Below are positions 1 to 7,814 of a stretch of DNA of 64,000 bases, one piece after another. This DNA is from Thermoanaerobaculia bacterium. GTDB taxonomy: Bacteria > Acidobacteriota > Thermoanaerobaculia > Gp7-AA8. Location: the NCBI GenBank assembly GCA_035525285.1, contig DATLFB010000044.1, forward strand, positions 108,441 to 172,440, read 5' to 3'. The translations under genes were made by a program, and so were the position numbers. The notes under the pieces were generated by a model, which was not told the DNA's origin, did not search any database, and saw nothing but the letters and a program-made list of their open reading frames with translations. The first letter of the stretch is position 1. Each line of letters begins with the position of its first letter.

Positions 1-475
1 TGCCGGCGAGCACGCGCGCGAGGAAGACGCGCTTCCGCTCGCCGCCGCTCATCTCGTCGAGGTAGCGGTCGGCGAGATGCGACGCGTCGCACATCGCGAG
101 CGCGCGCGAGGCTTCTTCCCAATCGCGATCGGTTTCCCACGCGAAGCGCCCGAGAAACGGCGCCCGGCCCGAGAGAACCACTTCGATCGCGCGCATCGGA
201 AACGCGGGATCGGGATCCTGCGGGAGATATCCGACGCGGCGCGCGTATTCCTTCGCATGCCACTGAGCGAGCGGCTTGTCTTCGAAGAGCACGTCGCCGC
301 CGTGCGGCGCGAGAACGCGCGCGACGAGCTTCAGCAGCGTCGACTTGCCCGAGCCGTTCGGGCCCGTGAGCGCGACGAGCTGCCGCTCGCCGATCGCCAG
401 CTGTACGTCGCGCACGGCGGCAACATCGGCGTAGGCGTACGAGACGGCGCGGAGCTCGAGCATCATCGTCGTCAT
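1..475 (-). CDS. ABC transporter ATP-binding protein (FecE/FepC/BtuD-like), partial; the C-terminus runs off the window edge
   Basis: I translated the minus strand from the ATG at 475-473 by hand: MTTMMLELRAVSYAYADVAAVRDVQLAIGERQLVALTGPNGSGKSTLLK...LDEMSGGERKRVFLARVLAG. This shows a Walker A (GPNGSGKST) and an ABC signature (MSGGERKRV). It is the last gene of an operon with the permease and binding protein upstream. It is absent from the ORF track only because it is truncated by the window edge. Confidence 0.75.
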   Translation of the reverse strand, partial: MTTMMLELRAVSYAYADVAAVRDVQLAIGERQLVALTGPNGSGKSTLLKLVARVLAPHGGDVLFEDKPLAQWHAKEYARRVGYLPQDPDPAFPMRAIEVVLSGRAPFLGRFAWETDRDWEEASRALAMCDASHLADRYLDEMSGGERKRVFLARVLAG

Positions 476-590
476 TGTGGACTGCGGCGACGCCAGTCGC
501 CGCTTTCTAACACGGCAGCAGGGCTGCCGTGCGCCGCGGCCCTGCCGCGGCGTTGGAAAGCGGCGACTGGCGTCGCCGCAGTCCAAAACG
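476..590. repeat. MITE-like element, first copy (TGGACTGCGGCGACGCCAGTCGCCGC ... GCGGCGACTGGCGTCGCCGCAGTCCA), filling the permease-ATPase intergenic gap
   Basis: Read directly in the sequence. Each inverted repeat is itself a hairpin (gcggcgac-nnnn-gtcgccgc). Confidence 0.85.
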
Positions 591-593
591 AGA

Positions 594-1565
594 TCACGAC
601 GACCTCCGCAGGAGCGAGAGGAAGAAGGGCACGCCGAGGATCGCGGTGAAGGCGCCGATGGGAAGCTCGGTCGTGCGCACGATCGTGCGCGAGGCGAGAT
701 CGGCGGCGACCACCAGCGTCGCGCCGCCGAGAGCGCAGAGCGGAAGGAGAAATCGGAAATCGCGGCGCCAGATCAGGCGGATGAGATGCGGCACGAGGAG
801 GCCGACGAAGCCGATGATGCCGCTCACGGCGACCGCGGCGCCGGTGATGATCGACGCGGCCGTGAAGCCGATCAGCTTCACGCGCTCGACGTCGACGCCG
901 CGCGCTTTCGCATCTTCCTCGCCGAAGACGAGCAGGCGCAGATCGTTGGCCACGAACGCGAGCACGATCATTCCGATCACGAGCAACGAGCTCACCAGCG
1001 CGACATTCGTCCACGTCGCTCCGAAGAGCGTTCCCATCATCCACTTCAGCGCGGCGGTGAGATCGCTTTGCGGCGAGAGTGAAAACGAGATGAGGATGAT
1101 CGCGGAGAAGAAGGCGTTGAGCACGAGTCCCGACAACAACAATCGCGTGGGATCGGTGTGATCGCGGCGGCGCGCGAGAGTGAAGACGGCGGCCGTCGCG
1201 AGAAGCGCGCCCGCGAAGGCAACGAGCGGTACGAGGCCGGGAATGCGGCTCCACTGGAACGCCGTCGCGACGGCCGCGCCACACGCGGCGCCGCCGGAGA
1301 CGCCGAGGATGAAGGGATCGGCGAGCGGATTGCGGAGAAGCGTCTGGAACGTGACGCCCGCGACGGCGAGCGTCGCGCCGATCGCGGCCGCGAGGAGCAC
1401 TCGCGGAAGACGCAGACGAAAGAGGATCATGCGCGCGGTCTCGTCGTTGAAGTCGAGCGCCACCGCGCCGAACGACAACGCGAGGACGATGGCGATGAGC
1501 AGGATGAACGTGAGAACGATGAGCGGTTGCGCGGTTGCGCGGTCACGCGGTTGCGCGCTTGCCAT
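594..1565 (-). CDS. FecCD-family ABC permease (BtuC/FhuB-like iron-siderophore/cobalamin importer)
   Basis: The 323-aa product is hydrophobic and multi-pass, with FecCD-like motifs (LLLSGLVLNAFFSA, GIIGFVGLLVPHLIRL). It lies in an operon with a binding protein and an ATPase. Confidence 0.85.
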   Translation of the reverse strand: MASAQPRDRATAQPLIVLTFILLIAIVLALSFGAVALDFNDETARMILFRLRLPRVLLAAAIGATLAVAGVTFQTLLRNPLADPFILGVSGGAACGAAVATAFQWSRIPGLVPLVAFAGALLATAAVFTLARRRDHTDPTRLLLSGLVLNAFFSAIILISFSLSPQSDLTAALKWMMGTLFGATWTNVALVSSLLVIGMIVLAFVANDLRLLVFGEEDAKARGVDVERVKLIGFTAASIITGAAVAVSGIIGFVGLLVPHLIRLIWRRDFRFLLPLCALGGATLVVAADLASRTIVRTTELPIGAFTAILGVPFFLSLLRRSS

Positions 1566-1568
1566 GGC

Positions 1569-1847
1569 TCACCGCAAAACCGCGAGACCGCGAGACTGCG
1601 AAACCGCATCCGGCGGTTGCACCGACTTGAACGTGAATGCCGCCGGCGACGGCCCGCGCTCTTCGAGTTGCGCGAGGCGCGTCTTCGCCTCATCGACGCC
1701 GGGGATGTGCCCCGCGGGAACCCACCACAGCGCGGCGTACGCGCCTTCGAAGTGCTCGAACCACTCCCGGCGCGCGCGCAGCAGATCCGCGTGCGCGGTC
1801 TTGTAGACGTAGTCCTTCAGGTTCACCTGGGCGATGTGATGCGTCAT
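1569..1847 (-). CDS. hypothetical 92-aa protein inside the ABC importer operon
   Basis: It overlaps the stop of the upstream binding-protein gene by 4 nt and sits 4 nt before the permease start, which suggests translational coupling. I recognise no domain. Confidence 0.45.
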   Translation of the reverse strand: MTHHIAQVNLKDYVYKTAHADLLRARREWFEHFEGAYAALWWVPAGHIPGVDEAKTRLAQLEERGPSPAAFTFKSVQPPDAVSQSRGLAVLR

Positions 1848-2710
1848 CGAGTTCTCGCATCCAGTATCGCATTGAGCGCCGCCGCGGCCAGCACCACGCG
1901 CGGGCCGGGACGCTGGAAGACGTCCTCGTCGACGGGGACGACTTCCGCGCGCAGCGACGGGACGCGCTGCATCAGCACCTTCATCTGCTGCGGCGTCACC
2001 GCGCCGCGCGGATAGAGAATGAGATCGGGCGGAGAGGCGGCGAGCGACTCGAGCGAGTACTGCGGCCAGCCCGTGACCTGCACCGCATTTTGTGCACCGG
2101 TGAGCCGCAGCAGATCGTCGGTGAACGTGTTGCGGCCGGCGACGTAGAGCGGATCGGTCCAGACGGCGAAGAGGATGCGCAGCGGGCGCTCGCGCTTGCG
2201 CGACTGGCGGAGGATGTCCTCGCGCAGACGGCGCGGCGCATCGTTTGTTCCGGAGGCGTGCAGCAACTCGCCGAGACGCCGCATGGCCGGCTCGATCTCA
2301 TGCAGGCGATCGGTGCGCACGACGTACAGAGGGATGCCCGCGGCCTCCAGCGCCTGCGCGAGATTCGGATGATTCCCTTCGGTCGATGCGATGATGAGAT
2401 CAGGCTTCAGCGCCGCGATCTTCTCGACGTTCGGCTGCATCCCGCCGACCTTCGGCAGCGCGCGCGCGGGGGGCGGGAAGTTGGAGAAATCGTCGGTCCC
2501 GGCGAGCTTGTCGCCCGCGCCGAGGGCGAAGACGATCTCGGTGAGATTGGGGGCGAGGGAAACGACGCGATGGATTTCATTCGGCAGCGTGACGGCGCGG
2601 CCGAGGTCGTCGTGTGTGGTGACCGCACGCTCAACGCAGGAGGCGAAGAGGACGCAAACGATGAACGATGAACGATGAACGATGAACGATGAGCGCGGGA
2701 CCCGATTCAT
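1844..2710 (-). CDS. periplasmic substrate-binding protein, TroA/BtuF/FecB-like (class III SBP)
   Basis: Contains HRVVSLAPNLTEIVFALGAGDKLAGTDDF, typical of cobalamin/siderophore-binding proteins. A possible lipobox (LFASC) follows the N-region. The N-terminal codons overlap a heptamer-repeat hairpin, so the start codon is uncertain. Confidence 0.8.
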   Translation of the reverse strand: MNRVPRSSFIVHRSSFIVCVLFASCVERAVTTHDDLGRAVTLPNEIHRVVSLAPNLTEIVFALGAGDKLAGTDDFSNFPPPARALPKVGGMQPNVEKIAALKPDLIIASTEGNHPNLAQALEAAGIPLYVVRTDRLHEIEPAMRRLGELLHASGTNDAPRRLREDILRQSRKRERPLRILFAVWTDPLYVAGRNTFTDDLLRLTGAQNAVQVTGWPQYSLESLAASPPDLILYPRGAVTPQQMKVLMQRVPSLRAEVVPVDEDVFQRPGPRVVLAAAALNAILDARTR

Positions 2711-2749
2711 CGTTCATCCTTCATCGTTCATCGTTCATCGTTCATCGTT
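2657..2749. repeat. mirror tandem-array hairpin: (AACGATG)x5, a 16-nt spacer, then (CATCGTT)x6
   Basis: The unit copies can be read directly in the sequence. The same unit family recurs at 22447-22540. Confidence 0.9.
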
Positions 2750-2818
2750 CGCCGCCAGCCACAAACAAAAACCGCGGCCCGAAGCCGCGGTCGTCCGAGA
2801 ACCGGCGAGCGAGGGTGT

Positions 2819-3049
2819 TTACCCTTCACCGCCCTCTTCGTCTTCGAGGTCGTTCGCCACGCCGAGGCGGTTGCAGGCGGCGGCATACATCTGCTTCGAG
2901 GCGTTGATGGCATTCTGAAGATCGGCGATGCGGTCCTTCACCTTCGCGAGCTCTTCCTCGATCTGATCCTTCAGATCGCTGACCTCCTGCCTGGTCACCG
3001 TGAGCGTGGTCTCGTAGAACTTTCGTTGCTGATCCGTCAGAACCGCCAT
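2819..3049 (-). CDS. small coiled-coil protein, 76 aa (ZapB-like in appearance only)
   Basis: A GGAGGGAG Shine-Dalgarno sits 5 nt upstream of the ATG. Coiled-coil heptads are visible (DLKDQIEEELAKVKDRIADLQNAI). It lies immediately downstream of the kinase gene. Confidence 0.5.
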   Translation of the reverse strand: MAVLTDQQRKFYETTLTVTRQEVSDLKDQIEEELAKVKDRIADLQNAINASKQMYAAACNRLGVANDLEDEEGGEG

Positions 3050-3074
3050 CTCGACTCCCTCCAGCGAATTTCTA

Positions 3075-5882
3075 TCATAGCTTGAAGTCCACGGGCACCG
3101 TGATCCACGACTTCACGCGCACGCCATCGACGGTTCCGGGCGTGAACGTGGAGCGGCGCATCGTCTGCTCCGCGGCCTCGTTGAGACCGACCGGGCGATT
3201 GACGCCGCGGATGATGCGCACTTCCATCACCTGGCCGCTCTCCGACACGAGGACGCTCGTCAGCACCGTCCCCTGGACGCGCTGCATGCGCGCGATCGGC
3301 GGATACGGCACGCTGCCGCGGCGCAGAACGCGCGGCGGAGTCAGACCGGCGGTGCCGGCGGCGACGAGCTCTCCTTCGCGAACCGCGGCGCGTGCGGGCG
3401 CCGCGGGCACGGGCGCGGGCTCCTGCTGAGCCGGCGCGGGCGCGGGCTCCTGTTGCACGGGCGCGGGTGCCGGACGCGTCGTCTCTGCCTGTTGCGGCGG
3501 CGGTTGCTGCTGCACGGGCGCCGGAGCGACCGGCTGCGGACGCACGGCAGCGGTCGTCGGCGTCTGCGTCGTTGCACTCGGTTGCTGCGCGCGCGCCTGT
3601 GCTTCGAGCCGCGCACGTTCGGCGGCGAGCCGCTTCTGCACTTCCTGATCGACGAGCGACGGATCGAGCGTCGCGGTTGCGGGCGACGTCGCCGTTGCAT
3701 CGGTCGTTGCCGGCGCAACGCCCGTTGCCGGGGCCGCGGGCGCCTGCGTTCCGGCCGACGCGGTGACCGCGGGTGCAGGCGTCGCGCTCTTGCCTTTCAT
3801 CAGCATCCACGCCACGCCGCCGAGGGCGAGGAGAACGACGGCGCCGATGACGATGATCGGCACCGCCGACGACTTCTTCCGCACCGGCTGTTCCCACGGT
3901 TCCGGCGCGGCGGACGCGGGCTCGACGCGCGCTGCGGCGGCCGGCGCAGCCGCGACGGGCACAGCCGCGATCGGTGCGGGTTTCGGCGCCGGCGCGGGCG
4001 CGGGAGTCGGAGCAACCGGCTCCGGCTCGGGCGCGGGGATCATCACCGGCTCGGTGCTCGACATGCGATGCATGTAGATCGCGAGATCGGCGCTGGTCGG
4101 CGTCGGCTTGAAGGTGTAGAGGATCTGATCGATGTCGCGCGCCATCTCGCCCGCGGTCTGATAACGCGACGCGGAATCTTTCTGCAGTGCCTTGAACACG
4201 ACCGCATCGATTTCCGGCGTGACTTCCTCGTTGAACTGCGAGGGCGGCGTGACGCGCGCCTCGCGCACCTGCTCGAGGATCGAGAGCTCGCTGTCGCCGG
4301 TGAAGAGCTTGCGATTCGTGAGCATCTCGAAGAGCACGGTCGCGAGCGCGAAGATGTCCGAGCGGCGATCGATCGAGCGGCCCCACGCCTGCTCCGGCGA
4401 CATGTACTGCAGCTTGCCCTTCAGCGCCCCGGCCTGCGTATGCGAGGCCTTCGACGCGGCCTTGGCGATGCCGAAGTCGCAGAGCTTGATGTCGCCTTCC
4501 TGCGAGATGAGCACGTTCTGCGGCGAGACGTCGCGATGCACGAGTCCCATCTCGCGCTCCTCGAAGTCCTTCTTGCGATGCGCGTAGTCGAGCGCGGAGG
4601 CGATCTTCGAGGCGATGAAGAGCGCCAGCTCGACGGCCATCGGATGATCGCGCTCTTCGCCGCGGCGCAGGATCGCCTTCAGATCGTACCCGTCGATGTA
4701 CTCCATCGCGATGTAGTACGAGTTCTGAATTTTTCCGAGGTCGTAGATGTGAATGATGTTGTTGTGATTGAGCTGCGCGGCGAGCTTCGCCTCGTCGACG
4801 AACATCTCGACGAAGTCCTGGTTGTCGGAGAGATGCGGAAGGATCTTCTTGATCGCGACGATCTTCTGGAATCCTTCCACGCCGCGCATGCGCGCCTTCC
4901 AGACTTCCGCCATTCCGCCGGTGGCGATCTTCTCGATCAGCACGTACTGGCCGAACTTGACGCCGTCCGTCGGCTCTTCTTCCTCGATGCGCGCGGCCTC
5001 CGGGGCGGCCTGCGGAAACACCGGCTGCGACACCGGCACGCGATCGGGAACGTAGGCCTGCATCCGCGCGGTGTTGAACTTCTTCTCCGGGACCGGCGCG
5101 GGTGGCGCGGCGGGAGGCGGCGCGGGTGCAGGTGCCGGCGGCGCGGGCACGGGCACATTGCCGCCGCTCGTCGTTTTGCGCGCGCTCTTCTCGAGACCGG
5201 AGAGCGTGTCGGAGAGCATCTTGTCGAGACCCGACGTCGATGTGCGCGGCGCTTTCGCCTGCTGCGCCGGCGGCGCGGCAGAGGGCGGCGGTACAGGCGC
5301 GGCCGGCTGCGCTTCCTTCCTCCGCTGCGGCATCAGGCCGGACAGCGTGTCCGCCACCATCTTGTCGACTTCGCTCGTCGATTTGCCCATCATCGTCTTT
5401 CTCGGCGCCGCCGGTTTCTCGTCTTCGAGGAGGTCGCCGAAGATCTCAGTGGAGGTCAGTCCGGGCTCGGCCGGACGAACCGTGAACTCGTCGTGCAGCG
5501 GCGCATCGGCGCGGATGCCGAGCATCTGCTGCACTTTGCCGAGGAACTCACTTTCGGAGTAGGGCTTCGGAAGGATGTCCGACGCGCCGACGCGCTGCGC
5601 GTCCGCCTTCGGACTCTTCCCGTTGTAGCCGGAGACGGTGAGAAGGATCGGCGTCTCCTGCAGCGGCTTGCGGCCGCGGATGTTGCGGATCAACTCCGTC
5701 GTGCTGACTTTGGGGACGACCGAGGAGAGGACGATGAGGCGCGGCGGCGAGCCGTCGAGAACGCGAATCGCCTCCTCTCCGTCCTTCGCGAACGTGGGGG
5801 TGAAGGGCTGGCCCGCCAGGGCCTGCCGCACGCGGTCGGTATAGCGAGGCTCGTACTCGACGACGAGAATGTTTTCAGACAT
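3075..5882 (-). CDS. multidomain membrane Ser/Thr protein kinase: N-terminal pseudo-receiver, Pro-rich linker with a repeated TSTSGLDKMLSDTLSGL motif, Hanks-type kinase, one TM helix, long Pro/Ala/Gln linker, and a C-terminal TonB_C domain
   Basis: Kinase motifs are present (ATGGMAEVWKA, HRDVSPQNVLIS, DFGIAKA). The receiver-like N-terminus lacks the phospho-acceptor Asp (LIVLSS). A hydrophobic helix (VPIIVIGAVVLLALGGVAWMLM) follows the kinase. The C-terminus (PYPPIARMQRVQGTVLTSVLVSESGQVMEVRIIRG...VPVDFKL) matches the TonB C-terminal fold. Confidence 0.85.
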   Translation of the reverse strand: MSENILVVEYEPRYTDRVRQALAGQPFTPTFAKDGEEAIRVLDGSPPRLIVLSSVVPKVSTTELIRNIRGRKPLQETPILLTVSGYNGKSPKADAQRVGASDILPKPYSESEFLGKVQQMLGIRADAPLHDEFTVRPAEPGLTSTEIFGDLLEDEKPAAPRKTMMGKSTSEVDKMVADTLSGLMPQRRKEAQPAAPVPPPSAAPPAQQAKAPRTSTSGLDKMLSDTLSGLEKSARKTTSGGNVPVPAPPAPAPAPPPAAPPAPVPEKKFNTARMQAYVPDRVPVSQPVFPQAAPEAARIEEEEPTDGVKFGQYVLIEKIATGGMAEVWKARMRGVEGFQKIVAIKKILPHLSDNQDFVEMFVDEAKLAAQLNHNNIIHIYDLGKIQNSYYIAMEYIDGYDLKAILRRGEERDHPMAVELALFIASKIASALDYAHRKKDFEEREMGLVHRDVSPQNVLISQEGDIKLCDFGIAKAASKASHTQAGALKGKLQYMSPEQAWGRSIDRRSDIFALATVLFEMLTNRKLFTGDSELSILEQVREARVTPPSQFNEEVTPEIDAVVFKALQKDSASRYQTAGEMARDIDQILYTFKPTPTSADLAIYMHRMSSTEPVMIPAPEPEPVAPTPAPAPAPKPAPIAAVPVAAAPAAAARVEPASAAPEPWEQPVRKKSSAVPIIVIGAVVLLALGGVAWMLMKGKSATPAPAVTASAGTQAPAAPATGVAPATTDATATSPATATLDPSLVDQEVQKRLAAERARLEAQARAQQPSATTQTPTTAAVRPQPVAPAPVQQQPPPQQAETTRPAPAPVQQEPAPAPAQQEPAPVPAAPARAAVREGELVAAGTAGLTPPRVLRRGSVPYPPIARMQRVQGTVLTSVLVSESGQVMEVRIIRGVNRPVGLNEAAEQTMRRSTFTPGTVDGVRVKSWITVPVDFKL

Positions 5883-5934
5883 GGAAGGGACTCATCGGCA
5901 TTTTCGGGGTTGTGAACGGCAATTTTGGCACACC

Positions 5935-6067
5935 GCGAGCCGAAGGTAAAAGGTAAAAGGAAAAAGGTAAAAGTGGCCAAGCCAGGATCCGCGCGTTTCG
6001 AGGCTCTGCCACTTTTGGCCTTTTACCTTTTACCCTTTGCCTTTTACCTTTTACCTTTTACCTTTTA
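5935..6067. repeat. mirror tandem-array hairpin with a GGTAAAA-type unit (about 4 copies), a 42-nt spacer, and TTTTACC-type units (about 7 copies)
   Basis: Read directly in the sequence (aaaggtaaaaggtaaaagg...ccttttaccttttaccctttgcc...). It lies in the rho 5' leader. Confidence 0.85.
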
Positions 6068-6231
6068 CCTCGCCCTCGCTTGCTTTTCCGAAAATCGTTT
6101 TGCATACTGTCGTCCGCACCTCGCGCGACGAACCATCCCGCTCGGCGTTGAGACCTGACTCTCCGCCACGACGTCGTCGGTTCCCAGAGACTCGAGAGGT
6201 GAAAGCTCAGTTGGCAGTTGATTGAGTTCAA

Positions 6232-7590
6232 ATGACACCAGAAGATCGCACTCCGCGTAAGCGGCGCCGGAGAAGACGCCGCGGGGGCGGCGCCGCAGCG
6301 CCGGGGCAATCACCCGCGTCCAACGGCAACGGCCCTTCACCAGGAAACGAAGCCGCTCCGCAGCAGTACGGCGGAGGCGGAGGAGGTCGGCGCCGCCGTC
6401 GCTCGCGCCGCGGCCGCAATCGCGGCGATGACCGTCCGCGGTCGCAGGAGAGCACCGCCTCTCTGCCGCCGCTCGACATCGAGCCGGGACAGCTCGTCCC
6501 CGCCAGCGGCGTGCTCTTCATCAAGCAGAACGGCGCCGGCATCCTCGTCGATCCGGCGAACAACTATCAAATGCAGCCGGGCGACGTGATCGTGCCGCGC
6601 TCGACGATCGAGAAGCTGCATCTGCAGGCGGGCCTGCTGATCGGCGGCACCGCGCGGCGCGCGGGCAACAACCTCGAGCTCGCCGGTCTCGAGACCGTCG
6701 AGGGCGTCGCGCTCGAGGAGTATCGGGAGTCGCGACGTCCCTTCTCCGAGCTCATCTCGATCGATCCGAACGAGATGTTCAAGCTCGAGACCGAGCCCGA
6801 GCGTCTGACCACGCGCGTGCTCGATCTGCTCTCGCCGATCGGCAGAGGGCAGCGATGCCTCGTCGTCGCGCCGCCGAAGGCGGGCAAGACGACCCTGCTG
6901 AAAGACATCGCCCACGGCGTGAACATGAATCACCCCGAGGTGATCCTGTTCGTGCTGCTGGTCGACGAGCGCCCCGAGGAAGTCACCGACTTCCGGCGCT
7001 CGGTCGAGCAGGGCGAGGTGGTCGCGTCGAGCTCGGACGAAACGGCGGACAGCCACATCCATCTCGCCGAGATCATCCTCGAGCGCGCACGCCGGCTCGT
7101 CGAGATCAAGAAAGACGTCGTGATTCTCTGCGACTCCATCACGCGCATGTCGCGCGCGTACAACAACGAGCAGCGAGGATCGGGAAAGATTCTCTCGGGC
7201 GGCATCGACGCGCGGACGATGGAGAAGCCGCGGCGCTTCTTCGGCGCGGCGCGCAATGCCGAGGACTGGGGATCGCTGACGATCGTCGCCACGGCGCTGG
7301 TCGACACCGGCTCGCGCATGGATGAAGTCATCTTCCAGGAGTTCAAGGGAACCGGAAACACGGAGATCATGCTCGACCGCGGATTGTTCGAGCGGCGCAT
7401 CTTCCCGGCCATGAACATCGCGCAGACCGGCACGCGCAAGGAGGAGAAGCTCCTTCCGCCCACCGTGCTGTCGAAGATTCACACGCTCCGCCGCGCGCTC
7501 GCCGGGACCGATCCGATGACGGCGATGAAGATGCTGCTCGAGCGGCTGCAGAAGTTCCCGTCGAACGAGGCGTTTTTGAAGAGCTTTTGA
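6232..7590 (+). CDS. rho: transcription termination factor Rho
   Basis: The RecA-like core is present (GQRCLVVAPPKAGKTTLLKDIAHG, VLLVDERPEEVTD) with the Q and R loops. The N-terminus carries an Arg/Gly-rich low-complexity segment before the OB fold. Confidence 0.9.
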   Translation: MTPEDRTPRKRRRRRRRGGGAAAPGQSPASNGNGPSPGNEAAPQQYGGGGGGRRRRRSRRGRNRGDDRPRSQESTASLPPLDIEPGQLVPASGVLFIKQNGAGILVDPANNYQMQPGDVIVPRSTIEKLHLQAGLLIGGTARRAGNNLELAGLETVEGVALEEYRESRRPFSELISIDPNEMFKLETEPERLTTRVLDLLSPIGRGQRCLVVAPPKAGKTTLLKDIAHGVNMNHPEVILFVLLVDERPEEVTDFRRSVEQGEVVASSSDETADSHIHLAEIILERARRLVEIKKDVVILCDSITRMSRAYNNEQRGSGKILSGGIDARTMEKPRRFFGAARNAEDWGSLTIVATALVDTGSRMDEVIFQEFKGTGNTEIMLDRGLFERRIFPAMNIAQTGTRKEEKLLPPTVLSKIHTLRRALAGTDPMTAMKMLLERLQKFPSNEAFLKSF

Positions 7591-7594
7591 GGGG

Positions 7595-7668
7595 CCGTGC
7601 TGCGTGCTACGTGCTGCGTGCTGAGGGGTTAACGCAGCACGTTGAACGCAGCACGCAGCACTCCAGAT
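7595..7668. repeat. mirror tandem-array hairpin with GTGCTGC units on one arm and GCAGCAC units on the other
   Basis: gtgctgcgtgctacgtgctgcgtgctgag ... acgcagcacgttgaacgcagcacgcagcac. It lies between the rho stop and the TonB-dependent receptor promoter. Confidence 0.85.
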
Positions 7669-7814
7669 TACCGAATCGTTGCTACACATTTTTGAACCCA
7701 ACCTTCTCCTTGACTTAGCCCAAAACCGACATCACCATTCGCACCACAGCCCAGAATCATGAGAGGATCACCCGGTCCGAAGTCTTCATTTTTCAACGTC
7801 CGTCAGGAGGATCT

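Noticed and set aside
77-1284. ORF-track entries 77..649(+), 472..1284(-), 477..1082(+) and 529..1161(+) overlapping the ABC ATPase and permease genes
   Set aside because: They are Arg/Ala-rich antisense or off-frame products, typical of high-GC DNA. The ATPase (minus strand, 1..475) and permease (594..1565) frames carry real motifs.
2657-2749. Peptide SSFIVHRSSFIV, also seen in ORFs at 22285..22518(-) and 22500..22724(+)
   Set aside because: It is just the translation of the AACGATG heptamer array and is not a protein motif. The small ORFs at 22285-22724 are spurious.
3037-5915. Long antisense or off-frame ORFs across the kinase gene (for example 3453..5915 +, 820 aa; 3037..4386 -, 449 aa)
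   Set aside because: They are low-complexity Arg/Gly/Ala-rich translations with no motifs. The 3075..5882(-) frame encodes a complete kinase and TonB_C.
6337-7701. 454-aa ORF antisense to rho
   Set aside because: It is the opposite strand of a well-supported Rho coding frame.
7600-7814. Possible cobalamin riboswitch upstream of the TonB-dependent receptor
   Set aside because: I found no convincing B12-box consensus. The region is largely occupied by the GTGCTGC mirror-array repeat.
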